A DNA stretch of 64,000 nucleotides, from positions 29,078,001 through 29,142,000 of the forward strand of contig NC_086373.1 in assembly GCF_036588685.1 (NCBI RefSeq). The letters are read 5' to 3'. The notes under the pieces are model-generated. The model was not told the DNA's origin, did no database searches, and was given only the letters and a program-made list of their open reading frames with translations. Positions 13,851 through 27,670 of the stretch are shown piece after piece. Each line of letters starts with the position of its first letter. The first letter of the stretch is position 1. This DNA is from Mytilus trossulus (Eukaryota). Both the position numbers and the translations under genes were made by a program.

Positions 13851-14414
13851 CCTCTTGTACCAAACCGTAAGTGTATTTGGAACAAATCATCAAGTTGCTT
13901 TTGTAACTTAGTTTTATCTAGAGCACTCAAAGACAAATATTTGAAGCCAATGATTTATACATTCATTACTAAGTAGGAGTATAAATTCGTGTTTCATGCT
14001 TTTCGTCAGTTAAGTTTAACTATACAAAATGAATACACACATTGCTTGGAAGATTTGGCACTAATTGATACATACTTTTTTATCAGTACGTAGTTGTAAA
14101 TGCATACAGTATTTCCATTTGAGATCATCACGTGGACATTTTCAATAATGATAAAGAACAACATTTTGAGGTCTTAGTAAAGTTCTGGAAAGGAAATAGT
14201 TAAGTATTGAATTATGATGTATGCACTGTCTTTTATGCAGCTTTATTCATTACCTAAACCGTTAAGCCTAGATGACAGATCAAGATCAGGTTATTTGGAC
14301 GCATGATATCTTTTTATAATGTTGTTTATACAATTGTAACAGTAGTTTGCGTGAAGAAATACGCCTTTTCCAGTATGTTTTTTACTGTAGCTGTCTATTT
14401 CTTTTTATCTGATT

Positions 14415-14476
14415 GTCACTGATAAGTCTTATGTATACGAAACGCGCGTCTGACGTATCTAATTATAAACCTGGTA
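14415..14476 (+). pseudogene. Inactive hammerhead relic, family A
   Basis: GUCA-CUGAUAA-GUC..UAC-GAAA-CGCGCG-UC/UGAC, with a G8A core change and a stem II mismatch. Confidence 0.6.
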
Positions 14477-17400
14477 TATATATACTTTCCGAATCAGTCT
14501 GTTTAAAGTTTTGGTAAAATATTGAAACAAACCAATATGATAGCACTAATATATAATCTAACCAAAAACTTGTGAATAGACATACCCGTAGTCAGTGGGT
14601 TCGTCCGAAACCCCCTTGAAAACAAATAAGCACTGTTAAAGTCAATGTTCTGTTCGAATTGTGACTGTTAAAGTCGAGTTTGGGAGTCCAACGAACCTCC
14701 CCCTCCCCTTGGAAATTCCTGGCTACGGGCCGGATAGAAAAAGAAACTGTTGGAACCTCTTGTCTCATTAGCGTCATAAACTGAACAAGAATAAACAACA
14801 TATTCACTATATATTATATCAATGAAAAGAATGTACTATTTATCCTTAAAAACTTGAAAACGTATTCTGTTATCATGTATCAAACTATTTCAGCTATATT
14901 ATCTTTTATCCAATATATGTTTGCCCATATATTATATATTTTATTTTTCATAAAATGTATATTACTTACTATTTTTTTCATGTGCAAATAAAATAATAAT
15001 TCAGTTGTGACATTTATGATTAGCAGACATTTTTATCAGCACAACATTTTTATTATTTCTGTTTGAGGAAAATATGCTTACAGTTTTAATTTGAATAAAT
15101 TTCTCTATTCGTATAAGACAGATCTCAAAGAGATGTTGCCAAATTATTATCATTACAATGTTTTTTGTTAATTTAGTGATAACAATTCCGAATAAACAGC
15201 AATGAACGATCTAAATTTGTTAATCTGTAAATATTTTAGATCATTTAATGCTGTTTATTCGAATTTTCATTGACGCAATCGTTTTTGTAACGTCATAGCT
15301 GTCGTCGGCGTTAAAGTTTAAGAATTGTGCGTGTTCATATCGCACATTATTATTTTTATTTGAAGCATATTTTTGTCATGTTTAACAATTTTTTAGAATA
15401 GTGCCAACGTCAAAACTGGTGTTAGGTTTTACTATTTTATTATATATTTTCAAGATTGGTATAGTTTAATCCAAGTAGATTGACATGATTCATTAACCAT
15501 CACAATCATACTGATGGAAGGATATCTGTTATCCGAAATATTTTTAAATACATTATTTACATTTATAGTTTCCTTTTTTATATTGGTGCTGTTTTGTACA
15601 TGAACACTATTGAACATGGGAATACTACTGTTGCCTTTATTTAGGCGTTTATATAATTGATTTAGTGTGTACATGTATCGTTACCCGTAACGATCCGACA
15701 AATCGTATATATATACAACTTGCCGCAATTTTTATACGTGTGCATGTCGCTGTAGAAGGGTCTAAATACATGTGGCACAAACAACATTTTCAATTGACCA
15801 AAAAAGAGAAAAGGTATATTGTCACAAAACGCATTTGACTGACAGGACGAACAACTGATGTTCCTAAATCCTGCTGACTGACATTGACGATTGCCAAAAA
15901 CATTTATCACAAGATGTAACAAAGTGGGTCTTTATATTAATTTAATACCAAACATGAAAACATCATGATGTTATAGTCTAACGGCTTTCAGTAGGACAAC
16001 CGGATGTGCCTTTTTGGCCAAAATGTGATTCGGCGGCGCTCAGTAGTCCTACGCCGAAAATTGGACTATTTTGCGTCGGCCCACGTCAGCTGAAAAATGG
16101 CGCGCTTTTGTACAAAATATTCATTCGTTTACAGCAAAGTACCGGCGGTCAATGCTGTTGATTGTAAGCACATGTATAAGAGAAAAATATATGTGTTTAC
16201 TTATTATTTTCATGTGTGAACAAAAAAATTAAAGAAAATCTTATTTTTTCACATCTGAACATAATATGCCGGAATCGACCCCATCCGATGTTGTGTCAAT
16301 ACATAGATCAACGTTGTCAATTTCCGGCGCCGAAAATGTCAACGTAAAATGTCAGTAAAAGTTGGAATCTTTTTCTTCTTTGTAGACTTTGTATAAATTT
16401 TGTTTATCTTAATGTCAGGAAAGTCAGGCAGTATGTTGAAACCATATCAACGTTATACCAAACCAGGCTTTACTTGGTAAACTAACAGTTTAAGGCCTGC
16501 ATTAACATCATGAGATTGTTGACATCGTACTTTAATAAAGTTGAGAAAAGATTCATTTCGTGCATATTGTTACCGGCCGCTGAGTTTTTGAAATAAACAA
16601 CTTATCTGTTTGGTCATATCGATTTCTTTCATAATTTTCCTTTCATTCATTAATACAGTTATCGTTATGTGTTTTGTTTCTTTTTTTGTCAAAAGGGGGA
16701 GGGGGGCTTGCTCTTTTAATTTTATCAAAGGTATGCGTAATTTTTAGGACTTATGGTTCTCAATTTCTGATTTGCAGTGAAGGTTCAGCCTCTTCATGAC
16801 TTTACATATATATTTCAAATCTGCAGTTTCTTAGGAAAATGATTATTTATGATTACTATATTAGTATTACATATACATGTATCTATGCATAGGGGGGAAA
16901 GGGGCGACCATTTGCTATTCTAGGTGGTGCGAAGAGAATCCTGGTGTATTTGTACTAGTATTTGTCTGTCCTAGGTGCTCTACCTTTATATCCATTCAAC
17001 AGTAGGCCTATATGTTCATCTTTTTTTTTGTTATTTTGTTTAATGTTAATTATTTGAATGAAGTATGTACAAATCTATAGTAGGATTTTTTTCTGGATTG
17101 ACTATTAATCTGCATCCATTGCATTATATGCTTTTATTTTTAATTAAACATATTTCACTTTTGCACACAGACACAGAATATTCCTTTTCATGTAGTTTTG
17201 TGTCATGTTATTTAGGGGTCTTTTATATACATGTAGCTTACTATACGTTATTGGTTCTGCTATAGTAAATGTTGAAGGCTGTCAGAGATCTATATTAAGT
17301 CATTTAGTATCTGGCGAGGAGTTGTCTCATTGGCAATCATACTCAAACTTCTGATTTTCATATTAGAACTGTAATCAAGCCTTAAGCAGGCAAACTAAAA

Positions 17401-17730
17401 GGGAACTGTAGTACCTATAGTAAATAACTTATTACAAAAAACTGTTCCACTTGTAAAAAAAATCAATGAAGTATTTTAAATGATATAATGTAGCTAGCCA
17501 TATGGAATATGTTTTATATGTTGTGCATCTCTTTTCTCCTTTCAGTCACAGGGGCTATATTCAAAGCATGGTTGTTTATATTATACATTTGTAACTGGTC
17601 ATAGGATATATACATGTAGTAATGCAGTGTTGAATACTGATTCTCCTCTCCCTAAATTGATAGGGATAAAAGAATTAAAATTCTTTTACTAAATCTCAAT
17701 AATAGGGCAAAAGTGAAGGAAATCAATCTA

Positions 17731-18359
17731 ACGTAAGGGTACCCAAATTGCACCGAGTACCCAAGTTGCACCTATAAAAAAATAGCAACTGAAATTTTAC
17801 AAGAGTTCCTAGAGACTAAACAACTTGTATTTTTATGATTTGATACTATGCACGTATTTCAACATAGGTTAACATATTTATATATACACAAAACATTCAC
17901 AGTATTTATCAACAGATGGACTGTTGACTGAAAAAGCAAAATGTACGAAAACGTCACCATGCGACGTCATCAAAACGTCACCTTTTAAAAATTAGCAAAT
18001 ACAATATGTTATAAGTATCCCGTTCGTAAAATATGAAGAGTAAGCATGGACTAGTATCCAACTGTTCAAAATATTTGAAAAAAATAAACAAAAGCTCGGT
18101 TATTAGACTTTTGACAATGTGAATTTAAGAATGGATGCAATTTGGGTACTCCTCATTACAGATTCAATGGATAGTTTGGAGGTTGATTCAAACCCATTTT
18201 TTTATGACTCAATATGGATTAAAAATTAAACTGGTGTACCTATACAATAAAGAAGGATAGGGCTACAAAATAAACACATTAAGGACATTTATTTCTTGAT
18301 CATAAAACAACGTAGGTGAAAAAACTGTCAAAATAGGTGCAATTTGGGTACCGTCACGT
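17731..18359. mobile_element. MITE
   Basis: TIR acgt..ggtacccaaattgcacc / ggtgcaatttgggtacc..acgt flanked by TA. Confidence 0.75.
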
Positions 18360-18730
18360 TAAGCACACTATTGTTTCTGCTCTGACAGACATGTTTTCTG
18401 CTCTTTGATAGGGTTGTCTCTTTAACACCTTGCCCATTTTCATTTTCAATTTAATAGATAATTTAAGTATGTGATATGTGATAAGTATCCAAAAGTGAGT
18501 TTATTTGATCAAATTCATCCTTGTGATTCAATTCTTGAAAATAGAGTTTTAAAACATATGGGTAAAAGGTAAGAGTCTTATTTAACATGAAAATAGTCAA
18601 ATAATTCTGGAATGGTAAATCTTGAATTAGCCAAAAGGTAAATGTGAGATTTCTTTAAATTACACGCATGCAAAATAAAAGGGAAACACTTGAGTCCAGA
18701 GGGATATATTCGTTTTTCAGAAGTATACAA

Positions 18731-19839
18731 TACAAGAGTGCACACGCTGAAATGTCTCACTTTTTCTTTACTTATCATTGATATTATGTTGATGGTCCTA
18801 AATATAAAGCTTTATTACAACTGTCACACAAACTTAACATTAAACAAGTAAACAAAACATGAAACAAGTAAACAAAACATTAACCAATGAACCATGAAAA
18901 TGAGATAAAGGTCAGATGAACTGTTACAGGCAGTCATGTACAGGAAACAAATCTTCCATACACCAAATATAGTTGACCTATTGCTCATAGTTTAAGAAAA
19001 CAGACCAAAAAAAACCAAAAACTTAACATTGGACAATAAACTGTCAAAATGAGGTCAAGTTCAAATAAAACCTGTGTGATTGACATATAGATCATAAAAT
19101 ATTTCCATACACCAAATATAGACCAATTGCATATAGTATTAGAAAAAAACACCAAAAATCAAAAACTTTACTTTTACCACTGAACCATCAAAATGAGGTC
19201 AAGGTTAGATGACACCTGCCAGCTAGACATGAACACCTTACAATCGTTCCATACACCAAATACAGTAGACCAATTGTATACAGTATAAGAAAAACAGACC
19301 AAACACAAAAACTTAACTACATGTACATGTATAACCACTGAACCATGAAAATAAGGTCAAAGTCAGATGACACCTGCAATTGGACATTTACACCTTACAG
19401 TCCTTCCATACACCAGCTATCCTAGACCTATTGCTTATACATGTTGTATCTGAGATATGGACTTGACCACCTTGTTCACTGATCCATGAAAAGAGGACAA
19501 GTGAAAACTGTCTGACGGGCATGAGGACCTTGCCAGGTATGACATTCCAAATATAGTTATCCTATTACTTATAATAAGAGAGAATTTAACATTACAAAAA
19601 ATCTTAACTTTCTTTACAAGAAGTCACTGAACCATGAATATGAGGTCAAGGACATTGGACATGTGCCTGAGAGAAACTTCTTAACCTGAGGCATCTATAT
19701 ACCAAGGATGAAGCATCCAGGTCTTCAACCCTTTAAAATATAAGTCTTTTGAGTAGTTACCTAACCCCACTTCCATAGTGGCCAGACCACTATTTCTTTG
19801 TAGAGCTTTCTGCAACAAAAGTTGCAGGTTCAAGAAAAA
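18731..19839 (-). mobile_element. HINE-like element with internal ~150 bp tandem repeats
   Basis: Terminal hairpin ctgcaac-aaaa-gttgcag. Repeated accatgaaaatgaggtcaagg / ccatacaccaaatatag units. Confidence 0.65.
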
Positions 19840-22800
19840 TGAGGAATCTTATTAAGTATACAACAGTGATATTGCTTTGAAACTTTTTTTTCAAGAAAAC
19901 AACTGAGTCAATAATCTTTTTTTTTTTTTTAATAAATAAGGTGATATTTCACTTGTGCACATTGTAATGTTGATGAATCTTGCATATATTTCAAAATCCT
20001 CTTTTTACTACACATTGAGCCCATAGTCAGCTTAAGTTTCATTTATTCAATCCTGCATAAGTTCGACAAAAATGTCTGCTAATAAACAATTGAACCACCT
20101 CGGTTACCATTCTGTACATGAATATATCTCATTTTCATTTTCATATTCATTGCTGATTCCAGGTATCAAAATTTTAATCCTCCAGTAAAATTATTCTTCT
20201 GACCATGCTGACAGTGTACTGAAAATTAAAACAATAAATGTGTTATTAAATTAAGTTTGTTGATTCAATTGAAAAGTAATGATAAATGATAAATGATGAT
20301 TTTAATATATTATATTTCATTGTTATGGGCATCATTGACCCAAATATGGTCTGCTTAAATCATTCTCTTACATGTATCTGAAAAAAAATTCAAGTTTATT
20401 TAAACACTTCTGACATTCTCATGGATATGAATATGATGCACATCATATAAGAGTTAATTCCCTTATATTGTTTTAAATCTTTATTAACGAATCTTAAATT
20501 ACTGAACCCTTCATTCTTGAAATTAAGTTTTAAATCCAAATGAAACTATTTTGAAATTATACAGCATAGATAATACATGTAGCATAAAATCTTTAAACTA
20601 TTAAAAGTATACCATTTGGTCTTAAAGTCTGTGTATGATTCTTGGACCTATAAACTATAAATTTTAACTTCCATTCCAAATTTATTCCATTGGCTATTTT
20701 CCTGTCTGACTGTTATTTTCAGTCTATTTCATTATCAAAATAGTGTTAATTCATATTTGTGAGATTGAAATCATAGCGCATTGTAAAATAACACACTGGT
20801 GTTACCCTGAACAGACACATTTGGATTTCTTACCCTAATCATGTTAATATATTCTAGTCATCTTGTTTTCTATTTTAAACAAAATAATTTGACATTCCAT
20901 TTGATTACTGTTTTCTTGCTGTATCATGTATGTATATCATACCTTTTATACATGTATATATGTGCATGTACTGCAATTGTTTTTGTTGGTATATAAAAGT
21001 CCTCTGTTTTGAATTTTTGATTCATAGTGAACATCTTTCTCCATCCTGTAAATATAAAGCAAATGTACATACAATTACTAAATCTATAATACTAAATTAT
21101 TCAAATCAAAATTGAATTAATTTTGCATTGTTATTATCAACACATGAATACAAATTTGCCAAATAAATTACCAAAAAAAACATATTTTCTTGATCCAATG
21201 AAAACCCATCGGTGGCTGTAGACTGTTGTCTGCTCTTTGGTTGGGTTGCTGTTATCTTTGACACATAACCCATTTCCATTCGAAATTTTATATATCTATT
21301 ATTATAAATTTCTGCTCAATACATAAAAGTTACAGGCAAAGAAAACATGTATTATAATAGTGTACAGTGTACATAAATATATGCAAGCTGATTTTTTTTT
21401 ACAGTTTCAGGGCACTCACAACCTTTTTTTAATTTGAATCAATGAACCACCACTGTCATAACACCATTATTTTGATAATGTTATGATATCAATCAAGTTG
21501 GAGTATATTTTTTGAAAGAAATTAATATTGTCAATGGATTATCATTTCTAAGTAGCATGATAATTAGCATGATTAGTTGTAAAAATATATAACTATAGCC
21601 TATAGGCATGATAGGAATAATATAACATAATGGATATAAAGAATCTGTACAGGCATATCACATTTGTAATAATTCCTGGTCATGAGATACATGTACATGT
21701 ATAAGCTCTGAAATGGGTGGATGATTCAGTGGTTAATTTCAATGTGTAAATTTCTTTTAAAATATGAGATATGAATTTAGAGGATGCATAGCTATCTATT
21801 TTTTTTGTGTATGGGAAAGAGGAGCCTGTGCCTGTACCTTGTATTTTATGTTTATGAAAGATTTAATTTTTATGAATTTTACATTTTGGTGTACATATGT
21901 TCATGACATATATATATGAAATCAGGGACACAAATATTTTTTTCCGAATGAAATATTATACCTGGTATAAAACATCCAACAGTAAAAGTGGGTCTAGTGG
22001 CGGATCCAGAAATTTTCATAGGTGGGGGCCCACTGCCTGACCTAAGAGGGCTCTAGTCACGCTTCATTGATTCCCTATGTAAGCAACCAATTTTTTTCCC
22101 AAAAAGAGGGAGCCTGCACCCCCCCCCTCCCCCTAAATCCGTCTATGGGCCAGTATGGGGTCCACTTTTGAGTTGAACCCGAGACGTTCATCAAAATTCG
22201 TGGTGCCTCAGTAGCCTATATTTTTCAATTTATGGGGCATTGAAATTACATGTGTACCCCCCTTTTTCGAGAACTTGCAATCGGCATGAAACGTGATCAT
22301 ACGTGCTTTCGAATTTGATTCATTAGGGTCCGTATTTTCACTTAGAGATTTACAATGTTCTATTATCTGAGCAAAAAATGAAAGCGTGAATATTTTCCAT
22401 GGAGATCGTGAAGAACACCTTGACCAGTTTAAAAACGGATGTTGACAACTTGTGTGGGTATAGTATTTCCGGAGACAAGTGCGGATACCTTAGACCGAAA
22501 TCCGAAAGTAATTCACCAGTATATGAGTCGTATATAGTTGATTCAATACAGTATATTATAAGGAAATGATGATATATTGGATTTCTATTTTCATGTTTGA
22601 TTTTATTTTTGCCGTTTAAATCATTTCTTTGGATCCGACTTATTTGATAGTAATTTACTAAAATATCTGGTATAAACCATTACCTTTTGTGTTATTCAGC
22701 ATAAAGATTAAGCATCCAAGAATGTAATTAATGCAACTTTTCAGCATGGAATGCCAAATCCAACGTCAAATAATGGCCGCCATTACGTGTTGACAACGTC

Positions 22801-22994
22801 GACTAGTGAACCGTATCACTGAGCGGCGAAATCCTTACTCAGGCGCTTCCGGTTGTCCTACTGTTTGTGTTGTGTTTATACATACGTATCTCCAGCAAAA
22901 CACATAATACATCAGGGTATAGTTCATATGCGTTAACTTCTATTCTCTGTTAGCATTTATCACGTCATGTGCCAATGTTCAAACACATATTTAA

Positions 22995-25900
22995 TAGCAG
23001 TTCTCTGTAACCACCAACCAAGTTGCGGCACGCATAGTCTCAGATTTTCTTGAAACTTGTTCTGTTGGTAGCTATCGATAAACTAACAAGAAAAATGTTG
23101 ACAACATTTTTGTTTATGCCCCCGTTGCCATGGTTACGGGTCCCCTTGGATTTTGCCCCAAAAATATTTTTCGAGGATAAAAAATGACCCATTTTAAGCT
23201 GTTATCATGCATCCATTTCAAGTTTAATGAATATTTTAACTATAATTCATTAAAATATAACACTTTATGAGTAAGATAAAAGATAAAAATTATTCTGACA
23301 AAAGGGGAAAAAGGGGGCAGCACTGGTTCTAATAGTGGAATTTTCCCTGATTTCAAAAAGGCAAATTATAGGCATTTTGCATGGCATAATTTTACACTTT
23401 TGCATCCACAACCAATTATACTAAACTGATAAATGTAAATTATGGCTGTTGCCCAGAAATAATTTATCATTAAAGGTTTGGGAAATAGGTTGCTAGGGTG
23501 GTTGCTATGGGAACATAAAAGTGTCTTTTTTTGTATTTTGAAGAAAAATTTTGACATTGCTATTTGAATAGTTTAAAAACAGTGACAAATACCAAATAAA
23601 AATCAATTGGGACATGTTGTGCATTCAATGACCTGAAAGTTGACCTCAAGGTCAAAGGTTTTTAATGACCTTGACTTTGACCTTAGGTCTTTTTTTTATT
23701 TAATTTTGTTAGAAATTTTATCAAATAAACCCAAAATGTATTTAGAAAAAGTGTTAAGACAAAATTTTGTCTACATTTTGTTTAGAAGCAAAATGCCAGA
23801 GGTCAAGGTAATGTTAAAAGTTCTTAGCAACGACCCTTACTTGATATAAAAGTACCTAGCAACCATGCTTAGTTGGGTTCAGATTGATACAAATTATGGT
23901 AAACATCCTAATTAAAAGTTGAGGGGTCAATATTTTCAGCATTAACTTTACCAGCCATTCTTATATAATCAGAAAATGCATGGCAACCATCCTTGTATTG
24001 GTGCTTTACTAAAGTTTTGATTCATTCTTCTATTTAGACTCTTCACTAGATTTCTTTAAATAACAGGTATTGTGTTTCTTAAATAATTCACATACATTAG
24101 TTTACTCATTAATCGCCAGCAAAAAGTAAAATCACAAAAATACTGAACTCAGAGGAAAATCAATTTGGACAGTCCATAATCACATGGCAAAATCAAAAAA
24201 CATAACGCATCAAAAACGAATGGACAAGAACTGTTATAGACAAGAACTGTTGTAGACAAAGCGTTGTTTCCTTTTCTTGCTTGAATTACAAATGCTGTTT
24301 TTTCAAAGTATTTCATCAATTTTACGAAAAAATACCAGTCGAATCATCATATCATCTACTAGGGGGGCTCCTGTTTTACATTTATGTTCTTAATCTTGAA
24401 TCTTCAACGCATGTAGAAAAGTAATGTAACAAAACATTATTTTTTATTGAAACTTATATGGATAAATGAACAACTTAATAGTAAAAATTACCAACAAGAC
24501 TCCATCATTTACTCAAATATTTGAAAATTTCATTTTACTTCATATAGGCGGTTTGCCTTTAAATGAATACTAGTACTTAAGGAGAAAAATTCAAATAACA
24601 GCATTTCTCTTGTTTCCTTATCCCAATTATGTACTCTTTTTTTATAGTTACTCTTGTAACTATAAATGTTAAGCTTATTCTATATTAATGTATTTAGGTT
24701 AATACTAACATAAACGATAGTTACCCCAAATTGACCTTAAAGGGTATTTATTCTTAATAGGGGTTGTCAGATGAATCTAGCGCCATCTTGGAGTGTACAA
24801 TCAAAGTACCAATTGGTCTTGATATTTGCCTAAATCGGCAAAGGAGAATGTACTTATGAAAATGGGCGTGTTGGCCCTCTTTCAAAAGAAGTCTTAATTC
24901 AAACCATTGCTAGCATTAGTAAAGACAACTTAGAAAAAAAACAAATTTTTGGTTCCGGTAAAAAAAATGTTGCCTAGCAACCATTTTTACTACATGATAT
25001 AATTTGCACATAGGAAATGATGTCTCTGTACAAATAACCATATTTTCCATATAAGATAGTTGGTTTGAGAATAACTTGAAGTTACAAATGAATATTTACT
25101 TCAATTTGAGTTCACAAATTTCTAATCAACTACTTAGCTACAGAAATATTCCTGAGCAACGGTTATTAAAAGGTAATGTGTGTCCTCTGAAGTATGAATC
25201 TAGCAACATAAATTTCATAAAAAACAATAGTCCTTAATTTTTGATGAAATTTTTCTTTTCAAATGAGCCATTTGAGGATATATTACTCTTTCAGTAAAAG
25301 AAACATACTGGACTAATAGGGAATTCATTTTTATTATTATTATTACTTGCAGCGAGAAAACTAGTTCAGTAGCACCATTGTTTCTTTTTATTTCTTAAAA
25401 CATATGATGTAACCTATCTTCCCACAATTATTCAAAATTCTTTCTCAAAGAATTTTTGTATGCACACAAGTATGTTTTTTTCAAAATCAAATCTAACCAA
25501 ATTTTGGCAATTTTCAATGACCCGTAGCTTGTAAAATAGCACGGTGACCCAACTTTTTTATTATATTTAAAAAAAAAAGCATAGTAAAATCTTTATTTTA
25601 GCAAATAATAGGAAAATTCTGTCTCAACACACACTTTCTCCTCTCTTATAAATAGCGTTAGAGTTTACTTTTTTAGCAAATGTAATAATCCTATATTTTT
25701 GAACCAAAAGGGCTCCTGAGTGGCCTAGTCTGTTCGATTACTAAATCTCAATTGGCACTGAGACTCTGTTAAAATAAGTATGTTTTAATATTCTTTTTTA
25801 ATCTTCCACTGTTGATATACAAAAATAGCAATGGATAGATGCAAGGTAGTTATATTAGTGAGGAAAGAGCATTTTATCTTTTGTGATGGGGAAGATAGAA

Positions 25901-27670
25901 GTTTAACAAAATGAATGTGATAGTGTCTTGATCTGCAGATAAATAATATTGCCCAAAACATGCTAAAAACAAATTTTTGTACATTTAGATCCACATTTGA
26001 AACTATTTAAAATACAAAAACAGTGTGTATGCAATAAAAAAAATCGACGAAAAATATGAAATAATCAAGCCTTATTTCTCGTTTTGTTTATATAGATTAG
26101 ACCGTTGGTGTTCTCGTTTGAATGGTTTTACACTTGTAATTTTGGGGCCCTTTATAGCTTGTTGTTCGGTGTGAGCCAAGGCTCCGTGTTGAAGGCCGTA
26201 CTTTAACCTATAATGGTTTAGTTTTAAATTGTTATTTGGATGGAGAGTTGTCACATTGGCACTCACACCACATCTTCCTATATCTATTATAAGTTAAAAC
26301 GATTGAAAATAAAACTTCAAGCATTTTTTCATCTTTTGGTATCTTTTTCTATAAAAATCGCTCATACGGTTACTTGGTTATATTTTTTTGAAAAATATTG
26401 ATTTCAGTTGAAATGATTGGACTTTTTATGAATGAGAACTCACTTTTGTCCCATGACTGTATGTGTAATCAGTCTAATGAAATCAAATTTGCTATATTAT
26501 TTACTTTTCCGGATAAGACATGTGTTTTTAATATATTTTTTTTCTCATTTTTGTCCAAATGAAATCTAAAATAAACTGTTGCTGTTCAGTTTTTCTAAAT
26601 AATTAATTGGTTGCTATGCATTTTTTCAATATAAAGCGATGGTTGCTAGGCATTTTCCTAATTTTAATATGTGGTTGCTGGGCAGTTTTACACTTTAAAT
26701 GAATGATTGCTTCTTATGTGATGACACCCTTTAGACCTCTGAAGTTAGGTCTATGTAATAGTTTATATAGTCCTGAATGTAATCACATATAGTTTCTAGG
26801 TACATTTTTTATCAAATAAGGGTGGTTGCTAAGCACTTTTGAAATGACCTTGACTTTTTATTTTTCATATGTTGATAAGAAGTGACTTAAAACATCCTGA
26901 TGATTTTCTCATTGTTAAGTAGCCTCTTTCTATTATAATTCCTTTCAAAATTCAATTAATATACACAAAGTCAAAGGTCAAGGTCATCAATGACCTTTGA
27001 CCTTTTGAAAAATTCATGGTAATTTAATTGCCAATATTTTTCACATCATAGTTATTCAATAATAATTACTTTTTGTGGATTATTTTAATAAAATTGCTAC
27101 ATTTTGGAGGTAAAAAGGCAAAAATTACATATTTTTGTTTCCATAGCAACCATCCTAGAAACTAATTTCCCAAACATTTTGTTTTAATTTTTTTATTAGA
27201 AGCATCGATACTTTTCATTCATAACCACAGGTTAAATGGAGGTGGATGCAAAAATGTCTAATTTGTTCATACAAAATGTGTAAAATTTGTCTCCGGAACT
27301 ATATTGAAAAGTTACCTCTGTTTCTGCGGTTGTGACAATATTCAGCCAAAATATTTTTTATATATGACATTGATTTTTTGTTTTTTAAGTTTCATGTTTC
27401 TAAAAAATATTTACAAGTATCATTAAATAAAACCTAGTTTTGATTACGAATGACTGCAAAGTGGTTGTTTTTTCGATGCTAAATTCCTCAAAATTTGCGG
27501 GAAATCTAATTCACTTGGTTGCCATGGCAACCATGACCTAGCAACATTTGGGTGGGCATTTTTCTTACTTTTTTACATGATCACATGTTTTGGCTAAGTT
27601 TCGTGAAAATCGATGACTATGCGTGCCGGACCCCCTATATAAAACGGTTGGTGGTTACAGAGAATTGCTC
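22995..27670. mobile_element. 4.7 kb foldback-type TIR element
   Basis: TIR agcagttctctgtaaccaccaacc / ggttggtggttacagagaattgct, TTAA-like flanks, and ~900 bp imperfect inverted arms. Confidence 0.8.
26072..26290 (-). repeat. High-copy interspersed repeat (agatgtggt..tgccaatgagacaactctcca family)
   Basis: Related copies at ~28312-28455, 29405-29682, 31318-31575, 32912-33085 and 61786-61960. Confidence 0.8.

Larger units (their letters stand above)
15989..22863. mobile_element. 6.9 kb non-autonomous TIR element carrying nested repeats
   Basis: 23-bp TIR cagtaggacaaccggatgtgcct / aggcgcttccggttgtcctactg (2 mismatches), TTT on both flanks, GC-rich subterminal regions. Confidence 0.7.

Noticed and set aside
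13980-14012. CUGACGA..GAAA on the minus strand as a hammerhead
   Set aside because: No stem II or stem I pairing.
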